Positions 60,264-64,000 of a stretch of DNA of 64,000 bases are shown piece after piece. Under the pieces are notes generated by a model. The model had not been told where the DNA came from and made no database searches. It saw only the letters and a program-made list of their open reading frames with translations. The translations under genes and the position numbers were made by a program. Position 1 is the stretch's first letter; each line of letters opens with the position of its first letter. The DNA is from Candidatus Nealsonbacteria bacterium (GTDB lineage: Bacteria > Patescibacteriota > Minisyncoccia > Minisyncoccales > UBA6532), in contig JACPLN010000008.1 of the NCBI GenBank assembly GCA_016186485.1, forward strand, positions 8,673 through 72,672, in the 5' to 3' direction.

Positions 60264-62006
60264 ATGGAGCTTTCCAAGGCATATGAACCAAAACAGGTTG
60301 AAGATAAGATTTACGCTTTCTGGCGGAAGCTTGGTTTTTTTAATCCAGACCACGCAAAGCCTCGCTCTGATCTTGCACGTAGCAGGCAAACTTATAGTAT
60401 CGTTTTGCCGCCTCCTAACATTACCGGGTCTTTGCATATGGGGCATGCCCTTAATGCGACGATACAAGACATTTTAATAAGGCGGAAAAGAATGATGGGC
60501 TTTAAAACCCTCTGGCTGCCGGGCACAGACCACGCCGGCATTGCCACCCAAAACGTAGTTGAAAAGGAATTGAAAAAAGAGGGAATAACCCGTTTTGATT
60601 TGGGCAAGGAAAAATTCATTGAAAGAGTTTGGGTCTGGAGGGAAAAATACGGAAATATCATTTTAGACCAGTTGAAAAAAATGGGGGTGAGCTGCGACTG
60701 GTCAAGAATCAGATTTACCCTGGACAAAGATTACTCCAAAGCGGTAGATGCCGCTTTTTTGCATTACTATAAAAAAGGCTGGATTTACCAGGGAGAAAGA
60801 ACTGTCAACTGGTGTCCTAGGTGCCAGACCTCTCTTTCCGACCTTGAAGTTGAATACAAAGAAGAGCAAGGCTTCCTCTATTATATTAAATACGGCCCCA
60901 TGACCGTTGCTACCGTAAGGCCGGAAACTAAACTTGGCGATACCGCCGTTGCCGTGAACCCCAAAGACGAAAGATACAAAAAATACATTGGCAAAACCAT
61001 TAACATTAAAACAGTTCTGGGCCCGGCAAAAATGAAAGTTATCGGAGACGAATCGGTTGACATGAAATTCGGGACGGGGGCGGTGAAAGTGACTCCGGCT
61101 CACGACTTACACGACTTTGAGTTAGGAGAAAAGCACGGCCTTGAGAAAAAACAGGTCATAGGGCAAAACGGCAGAATGACAAAGTTAGCGGGGAAATACG
61201 AGGGAATAACGGTTAACGAGGCCAGAGAAAAAATAGTAGAGGATATGAAAAAAATAGGCATACTGGAAAAAATGGAGCCCTACCGCCACAATATTGCCCG
61301 CTGCTACCGGTGCAGCGCGGTATTGGAACCGATTCTCTCAAAACAATGGTTCCTGAAAATGCCAGAACTCGCAAAAATAGCTATTAAAGCGGTGAGAATC
61401 GGCAAGGTAAAATTTGTCCCGAAAAGATGGGAAAAAGTTTACTTTAACTGGCTAAATGATGTTAGGGACTGGTGCATTTCCCGCCAGCTCTGGTGGGGAC
61501 ACAAAATTCCTCTGGAAGGAGTTGACGACGTCTTAGACACCTGGTTTAGTTCGGCTTTGTGGCCGTTTGCCACTCTCGGATGGCCCAAGAGCACTAAAGA
61601 TCTAAAAGAATTTTATCCAACCAGCGTCCTTTCCACTGACCGAGGAATTGTAAACCTCTGGGTGGCAAGGATGATTTTCTCAGGATTGGAGTTTATGAAA
61701 AAAGAGCCATTTAAAACAGTATTTGTTCACCCAACCGTTCTTACCAAAGAAGGGCAAAGGATGTCAAAATCTTTAGGGACAGGGATTGACCCTTTGGGGC
61801 TTATTGAAAAATACGGCGCGGACGCAACGAGATTCGGCATTGCCTGGCAGTTAACGGGCCTGCAAGACATAAAATTCACAGAGGACAACATAGTGATGGG
61901 AAGGAAATTCTGTAACAAAGTGTGGAACGCAGCGAGATTTGTTCTTCAACAAATCTCCAACCCAAAAGTCAAAACTCAAAACTACAACCTAAAACTAAAA
62001 ACTTAG
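60264..62006 (+). CDS. valS: Valyl-tRNA synthetase, catalytic part (frame 1, ends in an A-rich tract)
   Basis: PPPNITGSLHMGHA (HIGH), the editing domain, and KMSKSLGT (KMSKS). The ORF stops after NPKVKTQNYNLKLKT. Confidence 0.9.
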   Translation: MELSKAYEPKQVEDKIYAFWRKLGFFNPDHAKPRSDLARSRQTYSIVLPPPNITGSLHMGHALNATIQDILIRRKRMMGFKTLWLPGTDHAGIATQNVVEKELKKEGITRFDLGKEKFIERVWVWREKYGNIILDQLKKMGVSCDWSRIRFTLDKDYSKAVDAAFLHYYKKGWIYQGERTVNWCPRCQTSLSDLEVEYKEEQGFLYYIKYGPMTVATVRPETKLGDTAVAVNPKDERYKKYIGKTINIKTVLGPAKMKVIGDESVDMKFGTGAVKVTPAHDLHDFELGEKHGLEKKQVIGQNGRMTKLAGKYEGITVNEAREKIVEDMKKIGILEKMEPYRHNIARCYRCSAVLEPILSKQWFLKMPELAKIAIKAVRIGKVKFVPKRWEKVYFNWLNDVRDWCISRQLWWGHKIPLEGVDDVLDTWFSSALWPFATLGWPKSTKDLKEFYPTSVLSTDRGIVNLWVARMIFSGLEFMKKEPFKTVFVHPTVLTKEGQRMSKSLGTGIDPLGLIEKYGADATRFGIAWQLTGLQDIKFTEDNIVMGRKFCNKVWNAARFVLQQISNPKVKTQNYNLKLKT

Positions 62007-62329
62007 CTGGCGCAGACAAAAAAATCCTGGCAGGGCTGAATAAGGCAATAAAGTCCGTAGGTAAAGACTTGGAGAATTTTCAATTCGGAAAAGCGGCGCA
62101 AACTCTGTATAATTTCTTTTGGCATGATTTTTGCGATAAATACCTCGAGCAAAGCAAATCCCAGATTACGAATCCCAGATCCCAAAAAGCGACCCAAAAA
62201 ACTTTATTGTACGTATTGCTAAAATCTTTAATGCTGCTTCATCCATTTATACCGTTTATCACAGAAGAAATTTATCAAACACTGCCGGTCAAAAACAAAA
62301 AGAAATCTATAATGATTGAAAAATTATGA
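61922..62329 (+). CDS. valS: Valyl-tRNA synthetase, anticodon-binding part (different frame; functional portion from about 62005)
   Basis: LAGADKKILAGLNKAIKSV...FQFGKAAQTLYNFFWHDFCDKYLEQSK is the class Ia anticodon-binding helix bundle. It overlaps the end of the previous ORF by 85 nt in another frame. Confidence 0.7.
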   Translation: MERSEICSSTNLQPKSQNSKLQPKTKNLAGADKKILAGLNKAIKSVGKDLENFQFGKAAQTLYNFFWHDFCDKYLEQSKSQITNPRSQKATQKTLLYVLLKSLMLLHPFIPFITEEIYQTLPVKNKKKSIMIEKL

Positions 62330-63045
62330 ATTATCTTTTATACGTTGCCCTGGGTTTTCTGCCCAGTTTAATTTGGTTAAGCATTTATTTAAGGAAAGAT
62401 TCGCACCCGGAATCCAACTTAATGATTCTGAAAATTTTTGCTTTTGGAATGCTGGTTACTGCCCCAGCCGTACTTTTAGAAATAGGTTTCTTTGAAGAGC
62501 TGAAAAAACTGTCTTTGCCGAGCTTGTTAACAATCTTTATGTATTCAATTTTTGGGGTAGCGCTTATTGAAGAAGGGTTAAAATACCTAATAGTTAAGGA
62601 AAGGGTTCTAAAAAACCCGGAGTTTGATGAACCCATTGACGCCATGCTTTATATGATTATTGTCGCTTTGGGTTTTGCTGCGGTTGAAAACGTACTGATT
62701 ATTTTCAATTTCGGGAAAAATTCCCTCTCTTCATTCATTTTCAGTATTGCCATTCTGCGCTTTGTGGGGGCCACCTTCCTGCACACCCTTTCTTCCGGAA
62801 CAATAGGATACTTTTTAGCCAGATCCCTGTTTTTACCCAAAAGAAAATTAACCTATATGGCTTCAGGATTCGCGATTGCCGTTATCTTGCACGGCCTTTA
62901 TAACTTTTCTATAATAACAGCAGACGGATACTCAAAGGCATTGATTCCGATGGCAATTTTAACAAGCTTGGCATTTTTTTTAACCTGGGGTTTCAATGAT
63001 CTTAAAAGGTTAAAAAGCGTCTGCCAGCCATTTATTAAAAAATAA
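62326..63045 (+). CDS. PrsW-family intramembrane protease
   Basis: Polytopic. EEGLKYL and FLHTLSSG motifs typical of PrsW (recalled). Confidence 0.7.
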   Translation: MNYLLYVALGFLPSLIWLSIYLRKDSHPESNLMILKIFAFGMLVTAPAVLLEIGFFEELKKLSLPSLLTIFMYSIFGVALIEEGLKYLIVKERVLKNPEFDEPIDAMLYMIIVALGFAAVENVLIIFNFGKNSLSSFIFSIAILRFVGATFLHTLSSGTIGYFLARSLFLPKRKLTYMASGFAIAVILHGLYNFSIITADGYSKALIPMAILTSLAFFLTWGFNDLKRLKSVCQPFIKK

Positions 63046-63046
63046 C

Positions 63047-63553
63047 ATGTCTTTTCTTGATAAACTAAAACAGAATATCGCTTTTCAGGAAACCAAAAAG
63101 GAAGGAGGAATAAAAAAGCCCAAAAACCAGCCGAAAGCTAAAACGGCAAAGCAGACAGAGAAAAATATGAAGATAAAAAAAGAAGTGGTCCAATCCTATC
63201 TTCGGGTTCAATCAGACGGGCAACTGGCAATAGATGTCTATGAAACGGAAAACGAATTTATCATCCGGTCTGCAATAGCGGGAATTAAAACCGATGATCT
63301 GGATATTTCTATTGAAAACGGAATTGTGGCAATAAGAGGAAACAGGGTTAGGCCTGATAGCGAAAACCCAGCAAAATATATATACCAAGAATGCTACTGG
63401 GGCCCTTTTTCAAGGCAAGTTATGCTGCCAGAAGAGGTTGATAACTTAAAAGCCGAAGCCTCTATGAAAAACGGCGTTTTTGTATTGAAGATTCCAAAAC
63501 TTAAAAAGAAAACCACAAAGAAAATTGTGATTAAAGAAGAAATCTCCGAATAG
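63047..63553 (+). CDS. Hsp20/alpha-crystallin small heat-shock protein
   Basis: AIDVYETENEFIIRSAIAGIKTDDLDISIENGIVAIRGNR...FSRQVMLPEEVD...ASMKNGVFVLKIPK. Confidence 0.85.
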   Translation: MSFLDKLKQNIAFQETKKEGGIKKPKNQPKAKTAKQTEKNMKIKKEVVQSYLRVQSDGQLAIDVYETENEFIIRSAIAGIKTDDLDISIENGIVAIRGNRVRPDSENPAKYIYQECYWGPFSRQVMLPEEVDNLKAEASMKNGVFVLKIPKLKKKTTKKIVIKEEISE

Positions 63554-63557
63554 CGAG

Positions 63558-63639
63558 TGCTCCCGGCAGGATTTGGACCTGCAACCCTTTCGGGACAGCG
63601 TCCTAAGCGCTGCGCGTATACCAGTTCCGCCACGGGAGC
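63558..63639 (-). tRNA. tRNA-Leu (anticodon UAG)
   Basis: Acceptor GCTCCCG/CGGGAGC, anticodon stem CAGCG/CGCTG with loop CTTAGGA, long variable arm, T loop TCCAAAT. Confidence 0.88.
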
Positions 63640-63734
63640 TGAATGCAACCCTATCTTAAATCTTTTTCTAAACAAAAGCAACCGAACGCTCAAACCATGG
63701 GCGCTCAGCTGCTATAACTGAAATAATCCCTTTT

Positions 63735-64000
63735 TTAAGCCCCCGGGGTTACAATTTTTTGCACTAAACTAATCAGACCCTTTGACAACAAAGCGACAAT
63801 CACTCCAATAAGAGCGTAAAGCACAAAATCCCTTGCTGATTTTACTTTTTCCGGGTCTCCTTGGGCAGTAACGAAATTGAAAGCGGCAAACAGTATGAAC
63901 AGCCCGGCTACTGATAAAAGCAATGTAAAGGCCCAGTTAGTAATGTTTGTTAATGAAGCAACAACGTCTATATCTGTAGGCCCTGATGCTGCCGCTGCGG
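63735..64000 (-). CDS. TrbC/VirB2-like (T4SS-pilin-like) small membrane protein, 5' end outside the window
   Basis: The frame stays open to the window end: ...AAAASGPTDIDVVASLTNITNWAFTLLLSVAGLFILFAAFNFVTAQGDPEKVKSARDFVLYALIGVIVAL. The two-TM pilin-like pattern is recalled and unverified. Confidence 0.5.
   Translation of the reverse strand, partial: AAAASGPTDIDVVASLTNITNWAFTLLLSVAGLFILFAAFNFVTAQGDPEKVKSARDFVLYALIGVIVALLSKGLISLVQKIVTPGA

Overview
Low-GC, gene-dense bacterial chromosome segment. The content suggests a Patescibacteria/CPR (Parcubacteria-like) genome, which is an inference. It includes the str operon rpsL-rpsG-fusA-tuf, ftsH, an Rrf2-suf operon, rpoD-dnaG, tsaD, valS and 11 intact tRNA genes. 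There are also many small membrane or secreted proteins, a T4SS-pilin-like ORF, and core genes that start without visible Shine-Dalgarno sequences. No rRNA, CRISPR array, integrase, transposase or reverse transcriptase was found. Five things stand out beyond routine annotation. (1) A four-copy family of hairpin, MITE-like elements has CCCCGTAGT... terminal inverted repeats and flanking short direct repeats; they sit at the rpsL start codon and promoter, at the sufU stop codon, and upstream of a cupredoxin gene. (2) One architecture occurs twice: a tRNA 5' fragment ending near tRNA position 26-27, then a homing-endonuclease-type ORF (GIY-YIG or LAGLIDADG-like), then an intact co-oriented tRNA. 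(3) Accessory, visibly GC-richer patches (about 9.1-13.3 kb, 22.0-22.7 kb, 48.3-52.0 kb, 55.5-58.3 kb) carry hypothetical genes. Some have perfect TTGACA-17-TATAAT promoters, some have strong AGGAGG sites, and several share conserved ~100-bp 3' flank modules. (4) Ni-superoxide dismutase and its protease are embedded in the suf operon. (5) Related A-rich, K-coding inserts occur inside tsaD, valS and copB, and the valS copy coincides with a frame break. All functional calls come from reading the translated ORFs against remembered family motifs. No database search was run.
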